Below are positions 48,180-58,823 of a stretch of 64,000 nt of DNA, in pieces. This DNA is from Bryobacterales bacterium. GTDB taxonomy: Bacteria; Acidobacteriota; Terriglobia; Bryobacterales; UBA6623. Position 1 is the stretch's first letter; every line of letters starts with the position of its first letter. The stretch lies in assembly GCA_965248365.1 (NCBI GenBank), contig CBDFJA010000002.1, forward strand, positions 773,171-837,170, read 5' to 3'. The translations under genes and the position numbers were made by a program. The notes below the pieces were generated by a model. That model searched no databases. It had not been told where the DNA came from and saw nothing but the letters and a program-made list of their open reading frames with translations.

Positions 48180-49369
48180 TAGGGCCCCCCTCGGACCGGA
48201 GTGCCGTGAATCAATGGATTAACGTTCCTCGGCTTGACACCCAGGACTTGTGCGGCCCTTGTGTATGTAAGGGCCTCTCCGCCTAGCGAGCGCCCCACTA
48301 GGTCCAGGAGGGCGGGCCCCAGACGGTGTCTCTTGACGACGTAGTAGCTTGGCCCCCCGTGGTTCTCGTCAGCCCTGGGCCGTCTTTCTCTAGCCGCAAG
48401 CCGTTCCCGCGTGAAGTGCGCATCAAGGTTCCTCCAGGCTGTCTGGCTAATGACACCTGATCGCAGTAGCTTGTAGGCGACCAACGGGCCGCTAAGATTT
48501 CGCGAGCGAGCGAACAGTGAGACCGCGTCGGCGGCCTTGTCAACAGGCGCTCTTTCAAGATGGGCGAGCTCGGTTATCTCTGATCCTGGTAGAAGAATCT
48601 CTCCAGCTACCTCATTGCAGTACCTTTCGATTTGGGCATCCGTGCTCACACTGCTAACGCCAGTATTTCCCAGCCATAGATGCACCGCCTCGTGGAACGC
48701 GGTGAAGGACCAGGCAGCCTTGGCATCCTGATCATTTACAACGATGAAAGGGGCGATCGGATCGGCTATCGCGTACCCACGAAACGTTTTTTCGGGAATG
48801 TTGGTGTGATGACTGCCCAGATTGCCCAGAAGCACCACAAAAATGCCAGACGCTTCTAGCTTTTCCCGAAGATATGTGAAGGCATGTCCGACAGACGACC
48901 GTTGACGGAACTCCCGCAGAGAGAAGTCTATACGGTCGGGGATCCTGCCCACTAGTTCGTTGGCTGGCGTGTCCACACTCGCGGAGCCAACAAAATCGAG
49001 AGGCTCAGCATCTTCCTCTTCCAAAAGATGCTTGACTATGCTCTGCCGGCCACGAATGTCGCGAATCAACGCATCGAGGACGGGGTTGTAGAGTGGAGGC
49101 TGTGATCCCGGAACAGTCCGAAAATCCTGTCCCCGATCGCCTGTTCGTGGCGGCTGGTCTAGATAGAAAACGAGCAGGGAACGGCGATACGCCTTTGCCA
49201 TTCTCAGTAGTACGCTTCGAGAGGGCTCCTCGCCCGCCTCCAGAGCGGCCAAGCGCTCCACAGCGGACCGCCGCCGAGTATCCTTGAAGCCAAGCGCTTT
49301 TGCAGCTCGGTCAGGAGAGAGAGCAGCCGTGTTCCGCGCCCAAACTAGAATCTCAGGATTCAACGTCAT
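48179..49369 (-). CDS. XRE-HTH plus ImmA/IrrE metallopeptidase
   Basis: N-terminal HTH (LVWARNTAAL...PSRSVLLRMAKAY); AFHEAVHLWL HExxH; ERYCNEVAGEIL. Confidence 0.9.
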   Translation of the reverse strand: MTLNPEILVWARNTAALSPDRAAKALGFKDTRRRSAVERLAALEAGEEPSRSVLLRMAKAYRRSLLVFYLDQPPRTGDRGQDFRTVPGSQPPLYNPVLDALIRDIRGRQSIVKHLLEEEDAEPLDFVGSASVDTPANELVGRIPDRIDFSLREFRQRSSVGHAFTYLREKLEASGIFVVLLGNLGSHHTNIPEKTFRGYAIADPIAPFIVVNDQDAKAAWSFTAFHEAVHLWLGNTGVSSVSTDAQIERYCNEVAGEILLPGSEITELAHLERAPVDKAADAVSLFARSRNLSGPLVAYKLLRSGVISQTAWRNLDAHFTRERLAARERRPRADENHGGPSYYVVKRHRLGPALLDLVGRSLGGEALTYTRAAQVLGVKPRNVNPLIHGTPVRGGP

Positions 49370-49667
49370 CTTCAGCTTCCAGCACCCTCCTCACCGCGAG
49401 GAGGCAGCGCTCTTGAAAAACCGCTTATAACCGGGAGAGCCTCAATTAATCAGACTGCGGACTCCAAACCGACTGATTCTACCTGCGCTGTGAGTTCTTG
49501 CTGCTGTCTCCGCGTTCTCGATGAGCCGGCTATCACATCGACAACCTGTAGACTGCCTGCTGTTCATAATAATAACTGAGGCTGTCCACGGAACCGGCGG
49601 ACCACGCGGCAACCGCCGCGGGCAACCGTGAAACCCGTATTATAATGGTGGCTGTCAGAGAAGACTT

Positions 49668-50600
49668 ATGAGCGGCCGACCGACGGACGTATATGAAGAG
49701 CTCGTTCACCTGCGGCGGTCGGGTCAAAAAGCCGCGCTGGCGACCATCGTCGAAGTGGAGGGATCGATCCCCAGCTTCCAGAGCGCCAAGCTATTGGTTC
49801 GCGAAGACGGCTCGATGGTGGGGACGATAGGCGGCGGCTGTACGGAAGCGGAGGTTTGGAACGCGGCGCGCGAGGTGATCGAGACCGAAAAGCCCCGGCA
49901 CTTGCGGTTTAACCTCGGACAGGATGCCGCTTACGACAACGGGTTGATTTGCGGCGGCCAGCTCAATGTTTACGTGGAGCCGATTTTGCCCATCCCGAGC
50001 GCTTTTATCTTCGGAGCCGGACATATCTCCAAGAGTCTCTCGAAAGTTTCAACGCAAGCCGGTTTCCGGACCATCATCGTCGACAACCGGGACACCTACG
50101 CCAACCGCGAGCGCTTCCCCGAGGCGGTGGAGGTCTACGCCGAGGAATACGAAGAGGTTTTTCCCAAGCTGGCGGTGAATGAATCGAGCTACCTCATCAT
50201 CGTGACCCGCGGTCACCGCGATGATATGCGCGTGTTGCGCTGGGCGGTTTTCTCCCCGGCCCGCTACATTGGAATGATCGGCAGTAAGCGCAAGACGATC
50301 GAGGTCGTCAAGCAGTTGCAGCGCGAGGGGATCGGGTTGGAACGGCTGGAGCGAGTCCACGCACCGATGGGATTTGACATCGGCGCTGTCACTCCCGAGG
50401 AGATCGCCGTGGCGGTCGTGGCCGAGATGGTCAGCCGGAGGCGCAACCCGGCCGCCGGTTGGAACTCGCTATCGAAATCCGTGTTCGCCCAAGGGACGCC
50501 GGAGGCTGTGCGCATCGATCCCTCGGAAATCGTCAGCGAGGCCGAGCTTCAAGAAGCGGAGCTTCCCGAAGACGTCGAACGCCCCACCCGGACTTCGTGA
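49668..50600 (+). CDS. xdhC: XdhC/CoxI-family molybdoenzyme maturation factor
   Basis: GTIGGGCTE, LICGG, FGAGHI, VTRGHRDD and YIGMIGS motifs. Confidence 0.92.
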   Translation: MSGRPTDVYEELVHLRRSGQKAALATIVEVEGSIPSFQSAKLLVREDGSMVGTIGGGCTEAEVWNAAREVIETEKPRHLRFNLGQDAAYDNGLICGGQLNVYVEPILPIPSAFIFGAGHISKSLSKVSTQAGFRTIIVDNRDTYANRERFPEAVEVYAEEYEEVFPKLAVNESSYLIIVTRGHRDDMRVLRWAVFSPARYIGMIGSKRKTIEVVKQLQREGIGLERLERVHAPMGFDIGAVTPEEIAVAVVAEMVSRRRNPAAGWNSLSKSVFAQGTPEAVRIDPSEIVSEAELQEAELPEDVERPTRTS

Positions 50601-51181
50601 AACTTGGGGGTGTCATTTTGGCGGCGGGCCAGTCCAGCCGCATGGGTCGCGACAAGGCGCTCCTCGCATATCGTGGTTCGACGTTCCTCAATCATTTGAT
50701 CGCGCTTTTCTCCCCGCGCGTTGACCCCCTCATCGTCGTTCTCGGCCACCACGCGGAGACGATTCGCCTGACGATTCAACAGGGGCCGAGCGCGAAAGTC
50801 GTGGTCAACCAGGACTATAAGAAGGGAATGCTGACGTCCTTGCAGGCAGGCATCCGGGTACTAGCGTCTGACGTCGGGGCTGCGATGTTTACGCTCGTCG
50901 ACCATCCGGCTGTTGAGGAATCGACCCTGGACCGGCTGATCGAGCGCTTCCAGGCCAGCGGCCGGTCGCTGGCGATTCCTTGTTATCGACGGCGGCGCGG
51001 ACATCCCGTCATAGCCGCGCGTCCTATTTTGGAAGAGATCCTGCAGCTTCACGACGACGCTTCCGCCAAGACCGTCGTCCGCGCCCATCGCCGGGGAACG
51101 GCGTTTGTCGAAGTGGACGATCCCGGTGTCGTTCTCGACATCGACCGGCCGGAGGACTACCGCGCGGTGGCGCCGTCGTGA
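50597..51181 (+). CDS. mocA: Molybdenum cofactor cytidylyltransferase-like nucleotidyltransferase
   Basis: GTG start overlapping the xdhC stop; ILAAGQSSRMG, GMLTSL, GHPV and DIDRPEDY motifs. Confidence 0.85.
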   Translation: MKLGGVILAAGQSSRMGRDKALLAYRGSTFLNHLIALFSPRVDPLIVVLGHHAETIRLTIQQGPSAKVVVNQDYKKGMLTSLQAGIRVLASDVGAAMFTLVDHPAVEESTLDRLIERFQASGRSLAIPCYRRRRGHPVIAARPILEEILQLHDDASAKTVVRAHRRGTAFVEVDDPGVVLDIDRPEDYRAVAPS

Positions 51182-52866
51182 CGCCGCGGGCGGGGACTCG
51201 GCTAAACCGACCGTGCCAAACAGGGCCCTAAAGGAGACTCCGGATACCACCGGAATCATCACAAAAGCAGCCCCGGAAATCGTAACGGCCGACGTGAACG
51301 AACTTGTGGAACTGATGGCGCATCCGTGGGAACCAGCCCCCCGATCGCAGTGGCCGAAGGTCTTTGCGACCTGCACCCGAAGGAAAGAAACCGGCCGAGT
51401 TGTCCGAGCCGAACCACGAATCGGTCCTGCGTAATGAAACCGCGGAAAAACAAACAGGTCGTCATCCACCCCCTCATGTTCAGCGTGTATCCGGTGGTGT
51501 TTCTGTATTCCTCAAACCGCGAGGTGTTTGATTTCTCAATTGTGGCGGTCCCCGTCGCGCTGAATTTGGCGCTTGCCTTGGTTGTCTGGTGGGTGATCCA
51601 TCGACTGACCTCTGACATCAAGCGATCAGCACTCTACACGTCGCTTCTGCTATTTGGAGCCTATTCATTTGGCGCAATGCAAGAATTTCTGAGCCGCTTC
51701 TCCTTGGAACATGGTTTTCGAGAGGTTTCCTGGATAACCATCACCGTCTTGACAAGCTTTGTCATCGTCGGCGTGGGCGCCGCGGCGTGTTTCTGGCCGA
51801 AGGTCTACACGGGTCCAGCGACCTACGTCGTCAGCCTTGTCGGCATCATTCTTGTGTGCATGCCGCTCGCGGAAACCCTTTTTTTTGCTTATCAAACGAG
51901 CCGGCTTCGGTCTCTGCTTCCCGATCGGTCCGCTTTTTCCTTTGTTCCCTCATCGGTGAAAGCAACGGCTGACGCGCCGGACATTTACTACATCATTCTC
52001 GATGGCTACGGACGCCAGGATTTTCTCGCACGGGAGTACGGTTTTGATAATGCTGAATTCCTAGACTCCCTCCGAAACAAGGGATTCTATGTGGCCTCCA
52101 ACAGCCGCGCGAATTACCCGTGGACTCTCCCTTCTCTTACTTCTTCGCTTAATTTCGCGTATCTCAGCGAGGCGCTTGGGAACCAATTGGCCGCTTATAC
52201 CGATCGGCGTTTCATCAGGGAGTTCCTCCAGCAGAACCGTACGTTGCAACATCTTCGGACGGCGGGTTACTCGACCGTCGCGTTTGCCAGTGAGTACTAC
52301 GAGGCGGACCTTCGAGATGTCGATCGGACGATCGCCGAACCGTGGTTCCCCGATTCCTTCCAGATCGGCGCTCTTCAGATGACTCCTTTGCCGACAGTTC
52401 TGCATCATCTCGGCAAGCCACTTTTCTACGATTTGCATCGGAGCAGGATCCTTTACACCATTGAGAACCTTCCCGAGATCGCCGACCTGCCATCGCCGAA
52501 GTTCGTCTTTGCACACATCTATTTTGCACACGACCCTTTCGTCTTTGGTCCCAACGGAGAGAAGGTTTACCGAGAGTGGCCCTACACGTGGAGACAAGTT
52601 CCCGGGGAAAGCAGGGAGGAGGCGATGAAAGGTTATAAGATGCAGGTGACCTACTTGAATCGAAAGCTCGACGCTGCCTTGGAGCGGCTTCTGGAGAAAT
52701 CGGACAAGACGCCGATTATCCTGATCCAGGGCGACCATGGTCCGTCTTCTCGGACGAACCTGGCAAACCTTGCCGAAACAGACATCCATGAAAGATACGG
52801 CATCTTGAACGCATACCTGCTGCCTGGCGGCGGCGAGAAAAGGCTGTATGACTCCATTAGCCCGGT

Positions 52867-53967
52867 TATTGATTCCCGCATAATATAGAGTAACCTTTTG
52901 GGGGTTCTGCTCGTCTCAATAGACATGGGGAACCCAAGAGGCGTAAGGCGCGATTTTGATGCTCTGGAAAAGCGACGGCTGGAGGCCGTGCGGCTGGTCG
53001 TTGACGAAGGTTTGAGTCAGTCCGAGGCAGCACGGCGCGTGAAGGCGGCGCAGCAAAGCGTGAGCCGTTGGGTTAGCGAGCATGGCGCGCACGGTGCCGC
53101 CGGACTCCGCCGGGCCGGGCGCGCCGGCCGCAAGCCGCTGTTAGACGCCACGCAACGGGAACGTCTGGAGGCAATGCTGCTGCGGGGCCCCGAAGCGCAG
53201 GGCTTCTCGACGCCGCTGTGGACTTGTCCGCGAGTCGCTCGTCTGATCGCCGACGAGTTCGGCGTGCGCTATCACGAAGGTCATGTTTGGAAGATCCTGC
53301 GGGCGCTCCACTGGAGCCCGCAACGGCCTGTCGGCAAGGCCCGCGAGCGCAACGAAGAAGCCATCCGCAACTGGCGGCGCAAGACTTGGCCGGCCACTAA
53401 AAAAAAGCCCAAAAACAAGGCCGCACGATCGTCTTCATCGACGAAAGCGGACTGAGTCAGAAGCCCCATCGTTGCCGCACCTGGGCGCCCCGCGGCGAGA
53501 CACCCGTGCTGGAGTTCAACTTCAACTGGCAGAAACTTTCCGTTTCCGCCGGGCTGACCTTGCGCAACTTCTACTTCCGGCTCTATCCCGGCGCCATCGG
53601 CGAGCTGGAGGTCATCGACTTCCTGAAGGCTTTGGTCCGCCACATCGACGGCCCGCTGCTGATCGTCTGGGACCGCCTGCCGGCGCACCGCAGCCGCCTG
53701 GTGCGGGAGTTCATCGAGCTCTCCGAAGGCCACATCGCCACGGAGTGCTTGCCGCCCTATGCACCGGAGCTGAACCCGGTGGAATACATTTGGGCTTACT
53801 GGAAGCAGCACGAGTTGCCGAACGTCTGTCCGAAGGACTACTGGGAGCTGGACGAGCGTGCCCGCAAATCCCTGCGTCGCATGCGCCGCAAACCGCGCTT
53901 GATTACGGCCTTCTGGAAGCAGTCTTCTCTTGGCCTTGACTAACTCGATATTATGCAAGATTCAATA
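52867..53967 (+). mobile_element. IS630-family insertion sequence, copy 3
   Basis: Near-identical to copy 1 (offset 52681); IRs and TA ends. Confidence 0.95.
52925..53943 (+). CDS. IS630 transposase (frameshifted), copy 3
   Basis: Same ORFs as copy 1; A8 tract at 53399-53406. Confidence 0.92.
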
Positions 53968-54268
53968 ACTCGTTTCGTGTTGTGTTTAACCATTACTTTG
54001 GGACAAATTATCCGCTGCTCGATGATAAGAGTTACTACACCACTTTTCTACATCCCTACGACTACATTCCTATTGACCCCCGGGCATTTGAGAAAGAACC
54101 AGTATCCGCCGGCCCTGACAGCCCTTGACTTCTTGTTTAAACTTGCCGGCCTCTCCCTGTTTTGCGCACTCATGTCGCCACCCCGGCCGCGCCGGAGGAG
54201 GTAAAGAACAATGCAGGGAGCCAAAACCATTGAATGGTCCGATTGGGGCAACGAGCCAAGCGGCGAAC

Positions 54269-55312
54269 TTACCCCTCGCGCCGAACCTTTGCCGGCGGCG
54301 GGCAGCAGTCGGCGGGACAGAAGTCATGCCACGGGCCCAGATTTCCCAGAGCGCGCCGGGTAACCTTCGGATCATCCATCCGCTCCAAAATGAGCTCTCC
54401 GATCATGCTGATGAATTTCGGATGGACTCCCACGGTCCCGGCACGGACCATGACCAGCCCGAGGTCGTCGCACAAACCCCGTGCTTCCGTATCCAGGTCG
54501 TAGAGCACTTCCATGTGGTCGGAGACGAATCCGATCGGCACGACGATGACTTCGCGGGGGCTCTGCGAGGCATGGAGTTCGCGTAAATAGTCATTGATGT
54601 CGGGCGCGAGCCAAGGCTGGGATGGGGGTCCGCTGCGGCTCTGATAGACCAGGGTCCAGTCGTCGCGTCCCAGTTCCGCCGATACCAGCCGGCATGCTTC
54701 CCGCAACTGTTCCGCGTAGGGGCTCCGGGCTGCCATGGCCGTGGGAATGCTATGCGCCGCGTAAACAAGACGCGCGGCGGCGCGAGATTCGGGCGGCAGC
54801 CGGCCCAGCGCCTCGCTGACCCGTTCGGCTGTCGCTTCGATGAAGCCGGGATGGTTGTAGAAGAGCCGAATCTTTTCCACCCTAGGAGACGAAGCGCCTA
54901 CTTGCTGTTGCGCCCGGGCGATGTCGTCGAGGTACTGCCGGCAGCCGGAGTAGGACCCGTAGGCGGACGTTACATAGGCCAATGCTCGGCGAACACCGTC
55001 CGTGGCCATCTGCCGTAACGTGTCCGCCAGAAGGGGGTGCCAGTTGCGGTTGCCCCAATAAACGGGGAGGGGAAGGTCTTGGCGGGCCAGCTCGTGTTCG
55101 AGGGCGGTGATCAGCGCCCGGTTTTGGTCGTTGATAGGGCTCTTGCCGCCGAGGTGATAGTAATGCTCGGCAACCTCCATCATTCGCTCCCGAGGGACGT
55201 TCCTGCCGCGCAGGACGTTCTCCAGGAACGGCAACACATCTTCCCGTTTGTCGGGTCCGCCGAAAGAAACGACGACGACCGCATCGTAGGTCGCCGCTCT
55301 ATGGTGGCTCAT
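54269..55312 (-). CDS. hemH: Ferrochelatase
   Basis: VSFGGPD, GGKSPI, AHSIP, YQSRSGP...WL.P and GFVSDHMEVLYDLD motifs. Confidence 0.95.
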   Translation of the reverse strand: MSHHRAATYDAVVVVSFGGPDKREDVLPFLENVLRGRNVPRERMMEVAEHYYHLGGKSPINDQNRALITALEHELARQDLPLPVYWGNRNWHPLLADTLRQMATDGVRRALAYVTSAYGSYSGCRQYLDDIARAQQQVGASSPRVEKIRLFYNHPGFIEATAERVSEALGRLPPESRAAARLVYAAHSIPTAMAARSPYAEQLREACRLVSAELGRDDWTLVYQSRSGPPSQPWLAPDINDYLRELHASQSPREVIVVPIGFVSDHMEVLYDLDTEARGLCDDLGLVMVRAGTVGVHPKFISMIGELILERMDDPKVTRRALGNLGPWHDFCPADCCPPPAKVRREG

Positions 55313-56116
55313 CGTGGGATTGGCTCTCGTGGAACAGGGTACTGAAAACTGGTACGCGATCGCACGCCGCCGGCCCTTTCCCTACGACGGCGGCCGGTCG
55401 AGATTCACAGGCTGTCCCTCGCCTCGTGGCAGCAAACCGATTCCGGGCCGGGGAGCGGATAATGGGCCGTGTCGGGGAAATTTCCTGTCCCACAGCCGCT
55501 CTTGTCGCTCTCTGAGCGTGGAGGCTATGTTGTTATAAAAACTATACTTATGCTCCAACCTCCTGAAATTGGGTTTGTTTGGCCATTTTTGTATCTCAAG
55601 TTTTCCGCCCCGCGAGCCAAATGACTCAGCACCGTTTACTGACAGGCAGGAATTGCCCGCCTTACCGAGTTTTGTGGCGACCTGGACCTTGGCGCCTTCT
55701 TTGTTTCGGCCTCTGCCGCAACAAGTACCAGCGCTACCGGATCTCCCGTGCTCATTTTAGCGCGTGCGTACAGGAGCACTCCCCATGAAGGATCACAAGT
55801 TGCTGAAAAGAAGGGGTATTTGTCGCTTGTGACGAGGCGGCGTGGAAGGGGCGGAAAGTGCTGGTGTTGCGGACCGCGAAAAGGCTGGTGGTTGGTTCCA
55901 TAAGTTCACGATCGTTTATGGGCCGGCAATACGGCGACCGCTCCGTCGAAACCCGCCAGTTTTTTCATCCCTATGGGTGCGCCGCAGGCTCCTGGACCGC
56001 TTCCTGACGGTCGCGGCTCGGAAGGTTTTGTGAACGAAGCACTTCCGGGCCGGGCAGCCGGCCGTACGATGCTTCGGGAAAGGCCTTTTTAAATACGCGA
56101 ACTTGTGGAACTAGCA

Positions 56117-56390
56117 CTAGCCCGCATTTCTCACCGCCTGACGGCAGAAGCACGCAATAGGCCCGCCATTACTGCGTTGCGCTTGCTTGCCGTGCTCAAC
56201 GTACTTTCCCGGTCGGACGTCAACGGAAGTCGCTGCTTACTTCGGTCGCAGCAGATGCGAATGGGCCAGGCGGCACCCGCAAAAGTACGCCCGCATCATT
56301 CAAAAAAAATGCGGCGCCGAGCGGCGCGGGCTTGTACTGACGGGCTTCTCACGCACTTCGCCTCGCCACGTGGTGAGAAAAGCGCGCTAG
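56117..56390 (+). repeat. CTAG-bounded MITE-like repeat, copy C (274 bp)
   Basis: Same arms as copy B with about 70 bp extra in the centre. Confidence 0.8.
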
Positions 56391-56393
56391 GTC

Positions 56394-56852
56394 TCAGGGA
56401 TCGTTTAACGCCACGGTGGACGAGGCCGCTTGCGAGTAGGACTTGGGAGCGACCTCTCGAGCCGCGGCGTCGGGAGAGCGCTTCATCTGATTGAGTTTGA
56501 CCAGCAGTTCAAGTTCGGCGCGGGACAATCTAGTGCGGCCGGTAGGGGCGGAAAGAGCTCGGCGATCGCCGCTCGACCCGTCGGTTTCGCTTCGGTTTTT
56601 CGGACCCGGGTTAGGCTTCGGTGGGCGGGCGCGTAGCGGCCCGCTCATGCTTCGCAGAGTACGCAGCTCGCCCTCGACGATGTCCATGCGCTCTTCCAGT
56701 CCGCGAACCTGTACTGACGCGTCCGCCTTCTGCAACGCGATCATCCGACGGAACTGCCCGGTCCAAAGGTGTAGGACCAGCGTCGCGACCAGCAGGGCTA
56801 GGAGTGGAGAAGCCAGTAGCCACAGTTCGAAGATCGTTGACGGTAGCATCAT
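56394..56852 (-). CDS. Flagellar-cluster membrane protein (TM, coiled coil, C-terminal helix)
   Basis: TM helix, coiled coil and LSRAELELLVKL; last gene of the flagellar run. Confidence 0.55.
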   Translation of the reverse strand: MMLPSTIFELWLLASPLLALLVATLVLHLWTGQFRRMIALQKADASVQVRGLEERMDIVEGELRTLRSMSGPLRARPPKPNPGPKNRSETDGSSGDRRALSAPTGRTRLSRAELELLVKLNQMKRSPDAAAREVAPKSYSQAASSTVALNDP

Positions 56853-56890
56853 CTGTTCTTCCTATAGAGGATTTTTCGGGCATCCCCGAG

Positions 56891-57784
56891 CTAGAAAATG
56901 GTCCGCATGCGGTCCTGACGGCTAACAATCTCGGTCACGCGGATGCCGTAGTTGCCGTCCACCACGACGACCTCGCCGCGGGCAATGACGCAACTGTTCA
57001 CCAAGACATCCACCGGCTCGGCCACCGACCTATTCAGCTCGACGATCGAACCGGAAGCCAACTTGAGAACCTCCTGGAGGTTCAAGCAGGTGGTTCCGAA
57101 GCTCACGCTGAGGTCCAATTCCACCTGCAGCAGCATGGACAGGTTGCGCTGCGCCCCGGAACTCAGCGCGGTCGCGTCTCCCGAGGCTGCCGCTTCTCCG
57201 TTGGCGGGCTGGGAATCGGCGCCCGCTGCCGAATCGCGCTCGGCTGCTTTCTGGTCCGCGCCGGCGGACATTATGGCGCGAACGGCTGCTTCGTTGGGGA
57301 CCAGGGCGAATACATATTCCGACCCGGCCCACTGCGCGACGTATTCCAGGCCCAGCTCCGCGTCGGCCGGGTGAGAGGACTCGACGACGTCCGAGAATTG
57401 AGCCGCCTTGCCCAGCGGCTCCGCGGAGGTGCGGCCAAACAAGCCCGCCGCCTGACTGAGGATTTCGACGTAGGTGCCGCGCGCGCTGTCGGCTTCGGCC
57501 TCTTCGCCGAGGATCAGCGCGATCAGACTGTTGACCGTCTGGCGAGCGCAGCCGACACTGAGCAGCGCCCCTTCGGCCATGTCGTTCGGCAGATCGAACC
57601 AAAGCGGGTCCGCCCACTGCCGCCACGCCTCGATGTTGGGCGCGCGCGGCTGTAGTGTCAGCTCCGACCCGGCGCCGCTTAGGTCGAGCCCCGAAACCGC
57701 GGCCCGAAAGCTGCGCTCCCAGAAGGCGCTCGCCCAATGGGCCAGCCTCTCGTCTTTCCACCGATTGGTATCCGCTTCGGCCAC
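56891..57784 (-). CDS. fliN: Flagellar motor switch protein FliN (long form)
   Basis: LDLSVSFG...GSIVELNRSVAEPVDVLVN...ARGEVVVVDGNYGIRV. Confidence 0.92.
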   Translation of the reverse strand: MAEADTNRWKDERLAHWASAFWERSFRAAVSGLDLSGAGSELTLQPRAPNIEAWRQWADPLWFDLPNDMAEGALLSVGCARQTVNSLIALILGEEAEADSARGTYVEILSQAAGLFGRTSAEPLGKAAQFSDVVESSHPADAELGLEYVAQWAGSEYVFALVPNEAAVRAIMSAGADQKAAERDSAAGADSQPANGEAAASGDATALSSGAQRNLSMLLQVELDLSVSFGTTCLNLQEVLKLASGSIVELNRSVAEPVDVLVNSCVIARGEVVVVDGNYGIRVTEIVSRQDRMRTIF

Positions 57785-57799
57785 CGGGTTCGTCTTCGC

Positions 57800-58756
57800 C
57801 TATTTCGAAGTGTTACGAATCTGAATGCCGCGCGTGTTGCCCACGGCAACGACCTCGGCGTGGAATTTCCGCCGGCCGTTAACGTTGATATGCGCCGGTC
57901 TCTGCAGCGGCAGATCGAGCGATATCAGATCTCCGGTTCGCAGTTCCAAAAGATCGCTCAGACGCACTTTCGCCCCCTCCATCAAAGCTTCCAGGGAGAC
58001 AGGGATCTGTTCGACGACAGCCCGCATCCGGCCTTGTTCGGCCTGCGAGCCGCTCCGTCTGCGGATCGACCACTGCTGCTCGAACTTCTGTCCCATCATC
58101 TTGACCAAGATCGAGGGGATTCCGAAGTTCATCATGCCCCGGATGTCTCCCATGGTGATCTCAAATCCGATGGCGACGACAGCTTCGTTCGGCGAGAGGA
58201 TCTGCATCAGCTGCGGCTGGGTCTCGGTGGCTTCGATGGTGAAGTCGATCTCGGCGACCGGCGCCCAGGTCTCTCGAAGATCGTGCAAGACGATGCGCAA
58301 CACGCCCTCGATAATGCTGCGCTCGATCTCGGTGAGCTCGCGGACCTCCTGACCGCCGGAAGTCCCCCTGCCTCCCAGCAGCACGTCAAGCATGGGAAAA
58401 ACGAGCGAGGGATTGAGTTCGATCACGGAATTTCCGTCCAGCGGTCTCATGCCGATGCTCGAAATGGCGGTGGGAGTGGGCAGATATTGCAGGAACTCTC
58501 CAAAGGAGATCTGTCCCACCGATACCAGGCTGACGGTGATATAGGCTCTCAGGTAGGCGCCCAACGAAGACGCCAGATTGCGCGCCAGGAAGTCGTGCAT
58601 CAGGTGGATCGCCCGCAGCTGCTCCTTGGGAATGCGGTCGGGCCGCCGGAAGTCATAGGCGACCGCTGTTTTCGCGGCCAAACCGGCTGGGTCAGAGACA
58701 CTGCCGTGTTCGCGAAACAGCCGATCGATTTCTTCCTGTGAGAGTTTAGGATCCAT
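57800..58756 (-). CDS. fliM: Flagellar motor switch protein FliM
   Basis: LSQEEIDRL, YDFRRPDRI, ELTEIE and NFGIP motifs. Confidence 0.96.
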   Translation of the reverse strand: MDPKLSQEEIDRLFREHGSVSDPAGLAAKTAVAYDFRRPDRIPKEQLRAIHLMHDFLARNLASSLGAYLRAYITVSLVSVGQISFGEFLQYLPTPTAISSIGMRPLDGNSVIELNPSLVFPMLDVLLGGRGTSGGQEVRELTEIERSIIEGVLRIVLHDLRETWAPVAEIDFTIEATETQPQLMQILSPNEAVVAIGFEITMGDIRGMMNFGIPSILVKMMGQKFEQQWSIRRRSGSQAEQGRMRAVVEQIPVSLEALMEGAKVRLSDLLELRTGDLISLDLPLQRPAHINVNGRRKFHAEVVAVGNTRGIQIRNTSK

Positions 58757-58823
58757 GGCTGGGCTTACGCGGGCTTGGTTTCGGTGGCTGCGAGGCTTTC
58801 ATCGCCGGATGGGAAACTTTCCT

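Larger units (their letters stand above)
51434..54128 (+). pseudogene. Membrane-anchored sulfatase-like hydrolase interrupted by IS630 copy 3
   Basis: N-terminal TMs; PDIYYIILDGY, HDPFVF and IQGDHG motifs. Removing the IS restores SISPVNSFRVVFNHYFGTNYPLL...GPDSP* (stop 54126-54128). Confidence 0.85.

Noticed and set aside
51297-51311. 15-bp match CGAACTTGTGGAACT shared with about 56098
   Set aside because: Isolated short match with no flanking homology; likely chance
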